Source: Formosa sp. PL04
GTDB lineage: Bacteria; Bacteroidota; Bacteroidia; Flavobacteriales; Flavobacteriaceae
DNA: 64,000 nt
Assembly (NCBI RefSeq): GCF_033447105.1
Contig: NZ_JAWQUN010000002.1
Coordinates: forward strand, 416,856-480,855
Direction: 5' to 3'
Numbering within the stretch: position 1 is the stretch's first letter; every line of letters starts with the position of its first letter. The notes under the pieces were generated by a model. The model was given only the letters and a program-made list of their open reading frames with translations, had not been told where the DNA came from and made no database searches. Made by a program: the position numbers and the translations under genes. Positions 54,207 through 64,000 of the stretch are shown here, in pieces.

Positions 54207-56459
54207 ATGAAAAAATATTTTTTAATTCTTATCATCTTCACTTTTATTAGTTGTGAAACTAAAACAGAAAATACAACTAAAACTGAAGATTCTTCTGAAC
54301 AATTTATTTCTGACTTATTAACCAAGATGACCTTGGAAGAGAAAATTGGTCAAACTAGTTTAAAAGGAACTTCAAGCAGAGTAAAAGGTGCGCTTCCAGA
54401 AGCATTGAAAGAAGCTGTTAGAAAAGGTGAAATTGGAGCATTTTTAAATGTTATGAATACCGAATATGTTGATGAATTACAACGCATCGCTGTAGAAGAA
54501 AGTCCAAACGGAATTCCTTTAATTTTTGGAAGAGACGTTATTCACGGTTTTAAAACTATTTTTCCAATTCCAATCGGTCTTGCCGCGACTTGGAATGCGG
54601 ACATTGCAAAAAATTCTTCTAGAATTGCAGCTATTGAAGCAACATCGGTTGGTGTGCGTTGGACATTTGCTCCCATGTTAGATATTGCCCGCGACAGTCG
54701 TTGGGGACGTATTGCGGAATCTCCAGGAGAAGATCCTTATTTGGCATCCGTTTTAGGACAAGCATATATTGAAGGATTTCAAGGTGAAAATTTAAATAAC
54801 CCAACAAGTATGGCGGCTTGTGCTAAACATTTTTTAGCGTATGGCGCTGCTATTGGAGGAAGAGATTATAACACTGCTGATATTAGTGAACCTTTATTAA
54901 GAAACGTGTATTTACCACCTTTTGAAGCCGCTTTTGAAGCTGGTGCTGCTACAGTAATGACTTCCTTTAACGAGTTAAATGGGATTCCAGCATCTGGAAA
55001 TGAATTTTTACTAACGGAAGTATTAAGAAATCAACTTCATTTTGATGGGTTTGTAGTAAGTGACTGGGATTCTGTTATAGAAATGATTGCGCACGGATAT
55101 GCAAGTGATGAAAAACACGCTGCTGAATTAGCCTTTAACAGTGGTTTAGATATGGAAATGGCTAGTAAAACGTATGATGATCATTTAGAACAATTATTGG
55201 AAGAAGGAACAGTTTCTATGGATCAATTAGATTTTTATGTAAAAAATATTTTACGCATTAAATATCGTTTAGGTCTATTTGATAACCCAACCAGAAGAAA
55301 AACAGAAGCTTCAGAATTTTACAAACCAGCATATTTAAAAGAAGCTAAAAGTGCTGCTATAAAAAGTAGCGTGCTTTTGAAAAATGAGCACGTATTACCA
55401 TTAAAAAATGAAACGAAAGTAGCGGTTATAGGTCCGTTAGCAAATGCAACGCGTGAACAACTAGGAACGTGGTCTTTTGATGGTGAAAAAGATAAAACCA
55501 TTACACCTTTGCATACTTTTAAAAATGAAAATGTAAACTTTCAGTTTGCTGAAGGATTAACGTATAGTAGAGATAAATCTACAAGTGGTTTTGCCGAAGC
55601 CATAAAAATTGCAAAAGCAGCTGATGTCATTTTATTTTTTGGTGGTGAGGAAGCAATTTTATCTGGAGAAGCACATAGTAGAGCAAATATTGATTTACCT
55701 GGAGCACAAGAACAATTGTTAAATGAATTAGAAAAAACAGGAAAACCAATTGTCCTAATTATTATGGCTGGAAGACCAATAACTATTACCAATATTATAG
55801 ACAATGTAGATGCTGTTTTAATGGCTTGGCATCCTGGAACTATGGGTGGACCGGCAATATATGATATGATTTTCGGATTGCAAGAACCTGGCGGAAGATT
55901 ACCTGTTTCTTGGCCAAAAACCGCTGGACAATTACCTTATTTCTACAATCACAAAAATACTGGAAGACCTGCAGATAGCCTTTCTTTTATTCAAATGGAC
56001 GATATCCCTATTGAAGCTTGGCAAAGCTCCTTAGGAAATGATTCTCACTATTTAGATATTGGTTTCACTCCTCATTTTCCTTTTGGTTACGGACTTGGAT
56101 ACACGAAGTTTTCTTATGAAAATATTCAAATTTCAAAAGACACCATCAATTTCACAGAAGAACTTCAAATTAAAGCTATTGTAAAAAATATTGGAGAAAG
56201 AGCTGGAACTGAAACTGTACAATTATATGTCCGAGATCTTATTGGAAGTATTACACGACCAGTAAAGGAATTAAAAGGATTTGAACAAATCACCCTAAAT
56301 CCTGGTGAACAAAAAGAAGTTGTATTTACCATTTCTTCTGAAAATTTAGAATTCACCAATCATAAATTAATAAAGGCGGCGGAAGAAGGTGACTTTACTA
56401 TTTGGGTTGGACCAAATTCAGCAAAAGGATTACAATCTTCATTCTATTTAAAAAAATAA
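54207..56459 (+). CDS. GH3 beta-glucosidase (BglX-like lipoprotein)
   Basis: Start at MKKYFLILIIFTFISCE. GFVVSDWD nucleophile motif. C-terminal fibronectin-like domain. Confidence 0.85.
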   Translation: MKKYFLILIIFTFISCETKTENTTKTEDSSEQFISDLLTKMTLEEKIGQTSLKGTSSRVKGALPEALKEAVRKGEIGAFLNVMNTEYVDELQRIAVEESPNGIPLIFGRDVIHGFKTIFPIPIGLAATWNADIAKNSSRIAAIEATSVGVRWTFAPMLDIARDSRWGRIAESPGEDPYLASVLGQAYIEGFQGENLNNPTSMAACAKHFLAYGAAIGGRDYNTADISEPLLRNVYLPPFEAAFEAGAATVMTSFNELNGIPASGNEFLLTEVLRNQLHFDGFVVSDWDSVIEMIAHGYASDEKHAAELAFNSGLDMEMASKTYDDHLEQLLEEGTVSMDQLDFYVKNILRIKYRLGLFDNPTRRKTEASEFYKPAYLKEAKSAAIKSSVLLKNEHVLPLKNETKVAVIGPLANATREQLGTWSFDGEKDKTITPLHTFKNENVNFQFAEGLTYSRDKSTSGFAEAIKIAKAADVILFFGGEEAILSGEAHSRANIDLPGAQEQLLNELEKTGKPIVLIIMAGRPITITNIIDNVDAVLMAWHPGTMGGPAIYDMIFGLQEPGGRLPVSWPKTAGQLPYFYNHKNTGRPADSLSFIQMDDIPIEAWQSSLGNDSHYLDIGFTPHFPFGYGLGYTKFSYENIQISKDTINFTEELQIKAIVKNIGERAGTETVQLYVRDLIGSITRPVKELKGFEQITLNPGEQKEVVFTISSENLEFTNHKLIKAAEEGDFTIWVGPNSAKGLQSSFYLKK

Positions 56460-56465
56460 AGGATT

Positions 56466-58352
56466 ATGATTATCATAATAATGGGGGTTAGCGGTTGTGG
56501 AAAAACTACGATTGGAAAACTTTTATCTAAAAAAACAGGAATTAATTTTTACGATGCTGATGATTTTCATCCTTCGGAAAATATTGAAAAAATGAAAAAC
56601 AACATGCCTTTAACAGATGTTGATAGAACACCTTGGTTACTAACGCTATCAAAAAAACTAAAGGAATGGGATCAAACAACTGGAGCTATTTTAGCGTGTT
56701 CAGCCTTAAAAGAATCGTATCGTGAGCTCTTAAATTCAGAAATTGAAAATCCGTTATGGATATATCTTTCTGGCTCTTTTGAACAAATAAAAGAACGTTT
56801 AGAATCTCGAGACAATCATTATATGCCTTCTTCCCTATTAAAATCTCAGTTTGAAACCTTGGAAATTCCAACTTATGGACTTCATATTCCTATTGAACAA
56901 ACGCCAACAACTATTACAAATACCATCATCTCAAATACAAAACGAATGAATAAAGCAACTATTGGAATTATTGGATTAGGCGTTATGGGAAAAAGCCTCA
57001 GTTTAAATATTGCTGAAAAAGGTTTTCCTATAGCTGTTTATAATCGTAAAGAAAAAGGTGAAGAAAATATTGTTTCAGAATTTTTACAAGAGAATAAATC
57101 TTTTGAAAACTTAGTTGGATTTTCCAATATTCAAGACTTTATTAATTCCGTAGAAAAACCACGACAATTTTTTTTAATGATAAAAGCAGGTAAAGCAATT
57201 GATGCTGTTATTGAACAGATAATTCCTTATTTATCTAAAAACGACATTATAATTGATGGTGGAAATTCGCATTATTTAGATACTGAAAAAAGATATAATT
57301 ATTTAGCTACGAAACAGATTAACTTTATTGGTTGTGGTGTTTCTGGTGGTGAAGAAGGCGCCAGAAAAGGACCTTCTATTATGCCTGGAGGAAACCCTGA
57401 AAGCTATAAAATAGTTGCTCCTATTCTTGAAGCTATTTCTGCAAAGGACTCTCAAAATAATCCTTGCTGTACATTTATTGGAAATAAAGGTGCTGGCCAT
57501 TTTATTAAAATGGTCCACAACGGAATTGAATATGCAGAAATGCAATTATTAGCAGAATTGTATGGATTACTGTCTTCAACAATGAACAATATTGAAATCG
57601 CCAATCTTTTTTCAACTTGGAACAAAACAGATCTAGCGAGCTATTTATTAGAAATTACAATTGAAATTCTACGTAAAAAAGAAGGCGACAACTATCTTTT
57701 AGAGTCGATTTTAGACAAAGCAGGAAATAAAGGAACCGGATCTTGGTCTAGTAAAGCCGCTCTAGATTTAGGAGTTCCAAATACCATGATGGCTTCGGCT
57801 GTTTTTGCTAGATATATGTCTTCATTTAAAGAAAAACGAATAGCATTATCTAAAAAATTAACTATTAAAAAAAGTGCTCCCCAAGAATTAAACATCGCTG
57901 CTATTGAAAACGCTTATCGATTTGCTCGTATTGTAAATCACCATCAAGGTTTTGATTTAATGCAAGAAGCTTCAACAACATATTATTGGGATTTAAACTT
58001 ATCTGAAATAGCAAGAATTTGGACAAACGGCTGTATTATTCGCTCCAATTTCATGGGAAATTTAGTTGTATTATTCAAACAAAATGAATCCATTTTAGAC
58101 CATGCTACACTATTCGATGATTTAAATAATTCCGAAGATGAACTAAAAAAACTCATTGAAATGGGGTTAACCAATCGAGTTCCTTTAGACACTTTTTGGG
58201 CTTCTTATAACTATTGGATATCGATGACTTCTGAAAATTTACCTGCAAATTTAATTCAAGCCCAACGTGATTATTTTGGGGCTCATACATATCAACGAAA
58301 AAATGATACGAGCAATCAATTTTTTCATACAAACTGGCTGAAAAATGATTGA
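56466..58352 (+). CDS. Fusion protein: gluconokinase (GntK, ~165 aa) plus decarboxylating 6-phosphogluconate dehydrogenase (Gnd, ~460 aa)
   Basis: N-terminal GVSGCGKTT...FHPSENIEKMKNNMPLTDVDRTPWL (GntK). Then IGLGVMGKSLSLNIAEKGF..GCGVSGGEEGARKGPSIMPGG..GAGHFIKMVHNGIEYAEMQ (Gnd). Confidence 0.85.
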   Translation: MIIIIMGVSGCGKTTIGKLLSKKTGINFYDADDFHPSENIEKMKNNMPLTDVDRTPWLLTLSKKLKEWDQTTGAILACSALKESYRELLNSEIENPLWIYLSGSFEQIKERLESRDNHYMPSSLLKSQFETLEIPTYGLHIPIEQTPTTITNTIISNTKRMNKATIGIIGLGVMGKSLSLNIAEKGFPIAVYNRKEKGEENIVSEFLQENKSFENLVGFSNIQDFINSVEKPRQFFLMIKAGKAIDAVIEQIIPYLSKNDIIIDGGNSHYLDTEKRYNYLATKQINFIGCGVSGGEEGARKGPSIMPGGNPESYKIVAPILEAISAKDSQNNPCCTFIGNKGAGHFIKMVHNGIEYAEMQLLAELYGLLSSTMNNIEIANLFSTWNKTDLASYLLEITIEILRKKEGDNYLLESILDKAGNKGTGSWSSKAALDLGVPNTMMASAVFARYMSSFKEKRIALSKKLTIKKSAPQELNIAAIENAYRFARIVNHHQGFDLMQEASTTYYWDLNLSEIARIWTNGCIIRSNFMGNLVVLFKQNESILDHATLFDDLNNSEDELKKLIEMGLTNRVPLDTFWASYNYWISMTSENLPANLIQAQRDYFGAHTYQRKNDTSNQFFHTNWLKND

Positions 58353-59688
58353 TTTCACACTTATTTCAGCCGTATGTATTGGAATTGCAGTCTTACTTTT
58401 TTTAATATTAAAACTGCGAATTCAAGCTTTTATCGCTCTGTTAATAGCAAGTATTATTGTTGGTATTATTTCAGGAATGCCTCCCATGGAAATTATTGCA
58501 ACTATGCAAGAAGGTATGGGAAACACCCTTGGTTTTGTAGCTGTAGTTGTAGGTTTGGGAGCTATGTTTGGAGCTATTTTAGAACATTCAGGTGGTGCAG
58601 AAGCTTTAGCGAATTACTTACTGAAAAAATCTGGCGAAAAGAATGCTTCTTGGGCATTGGTATTCACTGGGTTCTTTATTGCAATCCCCGTGTTTTTTGA
58701 TGTCGCTTTTATCATTTTAATTCCATTGATTTATTCCCTTCAACGAAAAACTAAAAAATCATTATTACTATACGGAATTCCATTACTTGCCGGATTAGCC
58801 ATTACACATGCTTTTATCCCTCCAACTCCAGGACCCGTAGCGGTTGCCGATATATTAAATGCAGATTTAGGTTGGGTGATTTTATTCGGTTTTATAACTG
58901 GAATCCCTACAGCCATAGTATGCGGTCCATTATTTGGAAAATACATTGCTAAAAAAATCTATATTGAAGCTCCTAAATTGACGCTAGAAACCCAAGAAAA
59001 AACTTCTTTTCCTTCGGTTTATCTAATCATTTCAATTATTAGTATTCCTATTCTTTTAATAGTTAGTAATACGGTAATTAATAGTCCGCTAGTTTCCAAT
59101 GAAACCATTCCTTTGCACGTTAAAGAATGGCTACAAATGATTGGGCACCCTTTTTCAGCATTAATAATTGCTAATTTAATAGCTTGGTATGCCTTGGGAA
59201 TAAAACAAAATTTCAGCAAAGAATCTTTATTAAAAATCACCACAAAATCAATGGAACCTGCAGGAATTATAATTTTACTAACGGGTGCTGGAGGTGTTTT
59301 TAAACAAATATTGGTAAATACTGGAACGGGTGAAATGTTGGCAAATTATTTTGCAAATGAAGGTGTTAGCATTCTTTTATTTGCATTTTTAGCAGCAGCA
59401 ATAGTCCGTATTTTACAAGGATCTGCAACAGTTGCAATGATAACTGCTGCAGGAATTACAGCGCCATTAATCGCTTTAAACACTTCAGAAATAGACAAAG
59501 CTTTATTAGTAATTGCAATTGCTTCTGGAGCTTCAATTATGTCGCATGTAAATGATAGCGGATTTTGGTTGGTAAGTAAATATTTAGGGATGAATGAAAA
59601 ACAAACGTTTAGAAGTTGGACGGTTATGACTACCCTATTAGCAATTACGGGTTTTGCAACGGTTTCTGTTTTATCATTGATTTTTTGA
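58345..59688 (+). CDS. GntP-family gluconate:H+ symporter
   Basis: About 12 TM helices. GntP-like glycine-rich segments. 8-nt overlap with gntK-gnd. Confidence 0.75.
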   Translation: MIDFTLISAVCIGIAVLLFLILKLRIQAFIALLIASIIVGIISGMPPMEIIATMQEGMGNTLGFVAVVVGLGAMFGAILEHSGGAEALANYLLKKSGEKNASWALVFTGFFIAIPVFFDVAFIILIPLIYSLQRKTKKSLLLYGIPLLAGLAITHAFIPPTPGPVAVADILNADLGWVILFGFITGIPTAIVCGPLFGKYIAKKIYIEAPKLTLETQEKTSFPSVYLIISIISIPILLIVSNTVINSPLVSNETIPLHVKEWLQMIGHPFSALIIANLIAWYALGIKQNFSKESLLKITTKSMEPAGIIILLTGAGGVFKQILVNTGTGEMLANYFANEGVSILLFAFLAAAIVRILQGSATVAMITAAGITAPLIALNTSEIDKALLVIAIASGASIMSHVNDSGFWLVSKYLGMNEKQTFRSWTVMTTLLAITGFATVSVLSLIF

Positions 59689-59781
59689 AAACTATTTTTA
59701 TAAAATCATATTACAACTTGTTAAATATGGCTTATTATTATCGCTATTTAATCTTTAATTTTACAATTAATAAACTTTTAA

Positions 59782-62034
59782 ATGAAAAAACACGCAATTC
59801 TTCTAACAGTTACATTAATAATGCTCTCTTTTTATTCTTGTAAAGAGAAAAAAACAGAATCTATATCTGAATCACTCAAAACCGAAATTCCGAAAGAAAA
59901 TTTCACACCGCTCCCTTTTGATGTTTCAAAATTTGATACAAAAATAGATTCCCTAATGGCACTTATGACCATTGAAGAAAAAATTGGAATGCTTCATGGA
60001 AATAGTATGTTTGCTAATGGAGGTGTTCCACGCTTAGGAATTCCCGAATTAAAAATGGCAGATGGTCCATTAGGAATTCGTGAAGAAGTTTCAAGAGATA
60101 GTTGGGCTCCTGCTGGTTGGGACAACGATTTTGCAACTTACTATCCTGCTGCAGGTGCTGTAGCTGCAACTTGGAATCCAGATTTGTCATATACCTTTGG
60201 GAACAGTGTTGGACAAGAAGCTCGTGCACGTGATAAAGATATGCTGTTGTCTCCAGCCATCAATATTATTAGAACACCTTTGGGTGGTCGTACGTATGAA
60301 TATTTTACAGAAGATCCTTTTTTAAATAAAAAATTAGCCGTGCCTTTTATCGTTGGAATTCAAGATAATGATGTCATGGCTTGTGTAAAACATTTTGCTG
60401 TAAACAATCAGGAAACCAACCGTGGAACTGTTGACGTACAAGTTGATGAACGTACGTTACAAGAAATCTACTTACCTGCCTTTAAAGCTGCTGTCACAGA
60501 AGCAAATGCTTACAGTTTAATGGGTGCTTACAACAAGTTTAGAGGGGATTATTTATGTGAAAACGACTTGATGTTAAACAAAATATTAAGAGATCAATGG
60601 GGGTTTCAAGGCATTGTAGTTTCAGATTGGGCTGCCGTTCATTCAACTGTAAAATCCTTAGAAAATGGGTTGGATATTGAAATGGGAACTAGAAAACCTT
60701 TCAATGACTATTTTTTAGCTGAACCATTACTTGCTGCTTATAAAGCTGGTGAGATTTCAGAAGAAGAAATTAACATACACGTAAAACGTATTTTAGGCGT
60801 ATTATTCCAAGTGAAAGCTATTGACGGAACCGATAGAGTAACAGGAAGTATTTCTACTGAAGCACATTTCCAAGATTCCTATGATGTTGCTGCGGAAGCC
60901 ATCGTTTTACTTAAAAATGAAAATAATGCGTTACCTCTAAAATTAGATGGTGTTAAATCTATTGCTGTTATAGGAAACAATGCGACAAAGAAAAACGCTT
61001 TAGCCGGTTTTGGTGCTGGTGTAAAAACAAAAAGAGAAGTAACACCTTTAGAAGGACTTCAAAACAGATTGCCGAAAGGAATTGAAATTCAATATGCTGA
61101 AGGCTATTTAGAGCGTTATTCTAAAAATGACAATGATCAAAAAACAGAAATTACGCTACATGGTCCAACTACGGTAAACGAATTGGATAAAACAAAATTA
61201 GAAGAAGCTTTGGTTGCTGCAAAAAATTCCGATATCGCTATTATTTTTGCAGGTTCTAATCGTGATTATGAAACAGAAGCTTCAGACCGTAACGACTTAT
61301 CATTACCATTTGGTCAAGAAGAATTAATTCAAAAAGTAATGGCTGTGAATCCAAATACAATTGTTGTTATGATTGCTGGCGCTCCTTTTGATATTGCGAG
61401 CGTAAAAGAAAATGCCCCTGCCTTAGTTTGGAGTTGGTTTAACGGTTCTGAAGGCGGAAATGCTTTGGCCGATGTTATTTTAGGAAACGTAAATCCTTCT
61501 GGTAAATTACCTTGGACCATGCCTAAAGACATCAACGATTCACCTGCACACGCTACCAATAGTTTCCCTGGTGATGAAGTTGTTGTGTACAAAGAAGAAT
61601 TTTTAGTAGGTTACCGTTGGTTTGATACGCAGAACATTGAACCTTTATATCCTTTTGGTTACGGATTATCTTATACTAATTTTGATTTTTCAGACCTTAA
61701 AACAGATAGTTCTGAATATCAGAAAGAGGATACTATTGAAGTGACATTCAACATTAAAAATACTGGAGATTTTGATGGTAAAGAAGTTACTCAATTATAT
61801 GTTTCAAATCCAAACTCCGCTATTAAAAGAGCTTCAAAAGAGTTAAAAGGTTTTCAGAAAGTATTTGTTAAAAGTGGTGCTACCGAAAAAGTTACAATCA
61901 CTTTACCCGTTAAAGAATTGGCTTATTTTGATGTCACTAAAAATGATTGGGCTGTAGAAGCAGGAACCTATATCTTGAAACTAGGGAATTCATCTCAAAA
62001 CATCATTACTGAGATACCTATTTTAATAAAATAA
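59782..62034 (+). CDS. GH3 beta-glucosidase (second copy, lipoprotein)
   Basis: Lipobox LSFYSCKEK. Motifs KMADGPLGIR and GIVVSDWAAV. Confidence 0.85.
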   Translation: MKKHAILLTVTLIMLSFYSCKEKKTESISESLKTEIPKENFTPLPFDVSKFDTKIDSLMALMTIEEKIGMLHGNSMFANGGVPRLGIPELKMADGPLGIREEVSRDSWAPAGWDNDFATYYPAAGAVAATWNPDLSYTFGNSVGQEARARDKDMLLSPAINIIRTPLGGRTYEYFTEDPFLNKKLAVPFIVGIQDNDVMACVKHFAVNNQETNRGTVDVQVDERTLQEIYLPAFKAAVTEANAYSLMGAYNKFRGDYLCENDLMLNKILRDQWGFQGIVVSDWAAVHSTVKSLENGLDIEMGTRKPFNDYFLAEPLLAAYKAGEISEEEINIHVKRILGVLFQVKAIDGTDRVTGSISTEAHFQDSYDVAAEAIVLLKNENNALPLKLDGVKSIAVIGNNATKKNALAGFGAGVKTKREVTPLEGLQNRLPKGIEIQYAEGYLERYSKNDNDQKTEITLHGPTTVNELDKTKLEEALVAAKNSDIAIIFAGSNRDYETEASDRNDLSLPFGQEELIQKVMAVNPNTIVVMIAGAPFDIASVKENAPALVWSWFNGSEGGNALADVILGNVNPSGKLPWTMPKDINDSPAHATNSFPGDEVVVYKEEFLVGYRWFDTQNIEPLYPFGYGLSYTNFDFSDLKTDSSEYQKEDTIEVTFNIKNTGDFDGKEVTQLYVSNPNSAIKRASKELKGFQKVFVKSGATEKVTITLPVKELAYFDVTKNDWAVEAGTYILKLGNSSQNIITEIPILIK

Positions 62035-62063
62035 AAAGTATTCTTTAACCTAATTCATTAAAA

Positions 62064-62112
62064 ACTCCACTTATAAATAAGTATTAAAATATTTATTATA
62101 AGTGGAGTTTTA
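62064..62112 (+). terminator. Long AT-rich hairpin terminator (cacttataaataa...ttatttataagtg + agtttt)
   Basis: 13-bp inverted repeat 30 nt after the GH3 stop. Confidence 0.55.
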
Positions 62113-62448
62113 GTTTTCTAATAAATCGAAAAAGAAAGAAGCTTACTCAACTGCCTTTTTTTCGTGATGCAAGCATATATTAGTAGAATCTTAAAAACAT
62201 ATAAATAATTATTACGATGAAATATATAGCGACAATCATACTTTTTTTCCATAATTCAAATATAATTATTACGGACTCTTAAAAACAGTACCTTTAAAGG
62301 TAGATATTCCATTTTTGTATGTCCACATTTCATACAGGTAAAATCGTCTTGCCATTTTATTTTTACTAAATAGGCTTAACAAGCATCGTCATTAGGTAAT
62401 TCTTTTATAAAGATCGGGATGCTTGGCGTAGTATTCTTGTCATAAAAA

Positions 62449-62715
62449 TTATTTAGTAGCTCCTGTTTTACGAAGTTCCTTGTCAAAATAAGGAAAGTAC
62501 TTTTCTAACGTAATTAATTGCTCTGATTTTGTGTTCTGATCGGATTTAAACAGCCTATTTAACTCCTCAAACGTCATGGCAGACACATCGTAATTGGTAA
62601 GCTGATACCGCCTAAAAAAAGCAATATACTTGGTTATTGTATTGAGAGATAACCCGAGAATTAGACTGATTTTTCGCATATCTATTTGTGTATTGGCCAC
62701 GATCTTTTTTAACAA
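62449..62715 (-). pseudogene. Short HTH-domain ORF, probably the N-terminal fragment of an IS (IS21-like?) transposase
   Basis: DMRKISLILGLSLNTITKY looks like an HTH. Only 88 aa. Adjacent to three ~24-bp tandem repeats. Confidence 0.3.
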
Positions 62716-62757
62716 AAAAAGACCTTTATGACCTTACAAATAGAACCGATCTTTAGT

Positions 62758-62829
62758 GGTTCACTTTCATCCGCTGAAGGTGGTTCACTTTGACCCGCTC
62801 AACTATGCTCACTTTAATCCGCCGTGGGT
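62758..62829. repeat. Three tandem ~24-bp direct repeats (GGTTCACTTTCATCCGCTGAAGGT / GGTTCACTTTGACCCGCTCAACTA / TGCTCACTTTAATCCGCCGTGGGT)
   Basis: Seen directly. Reminiscent of multi-repeat transposase-binding ends or iterons. Confidence 0.7.
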
Positions 62830-63340
62830 GGTATACTATGCCCGGTTTTTGCAATGTTACGCTTGAACTAAAAAACATTGTTTATAACCAAAATCAATTG
62901 TATGTGATTCTAAAAATCACCAACGATTCTAGTTTGGATTATAATATTAATTACCTAAACACAGCTATAGTTACCCGTAAAAAAGGTAAAAACAAATCTA
63001 TGCAAAACCTAAATGTAGCACCTAACTCTGTTTATGATATGCCCAACCGTGTTTTAAAGAAACTTTCTCGAACCGTTGTTTAAGTGCTTCCTAAATTTTC
63101 TATTAGTAATGATAGATTCGTACACTTTACTCTTAATGAAAGTTCTGGGGAGCGTAATTTGAGGTTGAAGGTTTCAAATAGGGTTGTTAATGATCCGGAT
63201 TAAAATTGACTTTTGATTAATCGAAAAATTGAAAACTAATATATAACAGAGCCAATTGAAGTCATTTGACTACAAAATTAACTGATAAGTGTTAAAATTC
63301 AAAAAAAGCGTAATTGTTGTACCTATGTTGTACCAAGCAT

Positions 63341-63376
63341 AAAAAAAGCCGACTATAAATAGTCGGCTTTCTCTTA
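63341..63376 (-). terminator. Copy C: perfect 9-bp-stem hairpin (agccgacta/tagtcggct) plus a 7-T run (minus strand), the terminator of tRNA-Leu
   Basis: Minus-strand reading: tRNA end, ..agccgactatttatagtcggcttttttt. Confidence 0.75.
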
Positions 63377-63379
63377 CTG

Positions 63380-63461
63380 TGCGGGCGGGGAGACTCGAAC
63401 TCCCACACCGCGAGGCACTAGATCCTAAGTCTAGCGTGTCTACCAATTCCACCACGCCCGC
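63380..63461 (-). tRNA. tRNA-Leu (anticodon TAG), type II with a long variable arm. CCA is not encoded.
   Basis: Reverse complement GCGGGCGTGGTGGAATTGGTAGACACGCTAGACTTAGGATCTAGTGCCTCGCGGTGTGGGAGTTCGAGTCTCCCCGCCCGCA. The 7-bp acceptor stem pairs (GCGGGCG/CGCCCGC). Anticodon loop CTTAGGA. T-arm GGGAGTTCGAGTCTCCC. Confidence 0.9.
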
Positions 63462-63562
63462 AATAGGGTGTGCAAATATAAAAATTAGTTTCAATAAACA
63501 ATTCAACTTTTAAAAAAAAATTCAACAATTTTGTATTTTTGTAGGAAACAGAATATTTCCAC

Positions 63563-64000
63563 ATGAAAAACATCTCAACTTACATCGAAAATAACAAGGA
63601 TAGATTTATAAACGAACTTATCGAACTTCTTAAGGTGCCGTCTGTTAGCGCTGACTCAGCCTATAAAGACGACGTATTAAAAACATCTAAAATTGTCAAA
63701 ACACGTCTTGAAGAAGCAGGATGCGATCACGTAGAAATTTGCAAAACCGATGGTCACCCAATTGTATACGGTGAAAAAATAATCGACAAATCGCTTCCAA
63801 CCGTACTTGTTTATGGTCATTACGACGTGCAACCAGCCGATCCCATCGCACTTTGGACGTCTCCGCCGTTCGAACCGGTTATAAAAACAACTGAAACGCA
63901 TCCCGAAGGTGCTATTTTTGCGCGTGGTGCTTGCGACGATAAAGGTCAGATGTATATGCACGTTAAAGCATTAGAATACATGACTAAAAACGACGAATTA
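63563..64000 (+). CDS. M20-family (ArgE/DapE/dipeptidase-like) metallopeptidase, N-terminal 146 aa. The 3' end lies outside the window.
   Basis: YGHYDVQPAD..WTSPPFEP...ARGACDDKGQ are hallmark M20 motifs. Confidence 0.8.
   Translation, partial: MKNISTYIENNKDRFINELIELLKVPSVSADSAYKDDVLKTSKIVKTRLEEAGCDHVEICKTDGHPIVYGEKIIDKSLPTVLVYGHYDVQPADPIALWTSPPFEPVIKTTETHPEGAIFARGACDDKGQMYMHVKALEYMTKNDEL

Noticed and set aside
62758-62829. Possible CRISPR array
   Set aside because: Only three imperfect 24-bp repeats, directly abutting with no spacers, and no cas genes. Not CRISPR.
63270-63961. Minus-strand ORFs 63270-63506 and 63677-63961
   Set aside because: The first spans the tRNA-Leu gene and its terminator. 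The second is antisense to the M20 peptidase CDS.

Overview
The window looks like a Bacteroidota chromosome segment, probably Flavobacteriia. The support is low GC, SusC/SusD pairs, lipoprotein signal peptides, a T9SS C-terminal sorting domain and TAnnTTTG-like promoter boxes. Contents from left to right:

- 1-7.3 kb: a starch utilisation locus. It holds a SusC C-terminal part, SusD, a SusE/F-like protein with three internal repeats, and a GH13 alpha-amylase with a CBM48-like module and a T9SS C-terminal domain.
- 7.4-9.4 kb: a translationally coupled pair, an enolase-superfamily dipeptide epimerase and an alpha-oxoamine-synthase-like PLP enzyme.
- 9.9-13.3 kb: two tandem paralogous lipoproteins and two membrane proteins.
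- 14.2-21 kb: after an 835-bp AT-rich gap, a transglutaminase-like/DUF2126 gene, a fused circularly permuted ATP-grasp + alpha-E gene, and a second transglutaminase-like gene. This is the peptide-ligase/transglutaminase module, known only from comparative genomics.
- 21-25.7 kb: a lipoprotein, a TonB-dependent receptor and an AraC regulator.
- 25.9-35.9 kb: a minus-strand operon of a YjfI-like protein, PspA/IM30, an NfeD/YqiJ-like membrane protein, a long flotillin, and a 1625-aa coiled-coil protein ending in a MoxR-like AAA+ domain. A CI-like repressor (XRE HTH plus a degenerate S24 fold) is transcribed divergently. This block is bracketed by 35-bp direct repeats of a terminator hairpin.
- 36-63.4 kb: a glycan utilisation locus. 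It holds GH1, a GPH transporter with a large insertion, an FG-GAP protein, SusD/SusC, an AraC regulator, GH94, an esterase, two GH3 genes, a GntK-Gnd fusion and GntP. An ~85-90-bp direct repeat (the tRNA-Leu terminator plus the tRNA 3' half) bounds it. A decayed tyrosine integrase sits at the far end and an intact tRNA-Leu(TAG) at the near end, so it reads as an old tRNA-integrated island.
- 63.5 kb to the end: the 5' part of an M20 peptidase gene.

No rRNA and no CRISPR array were found.
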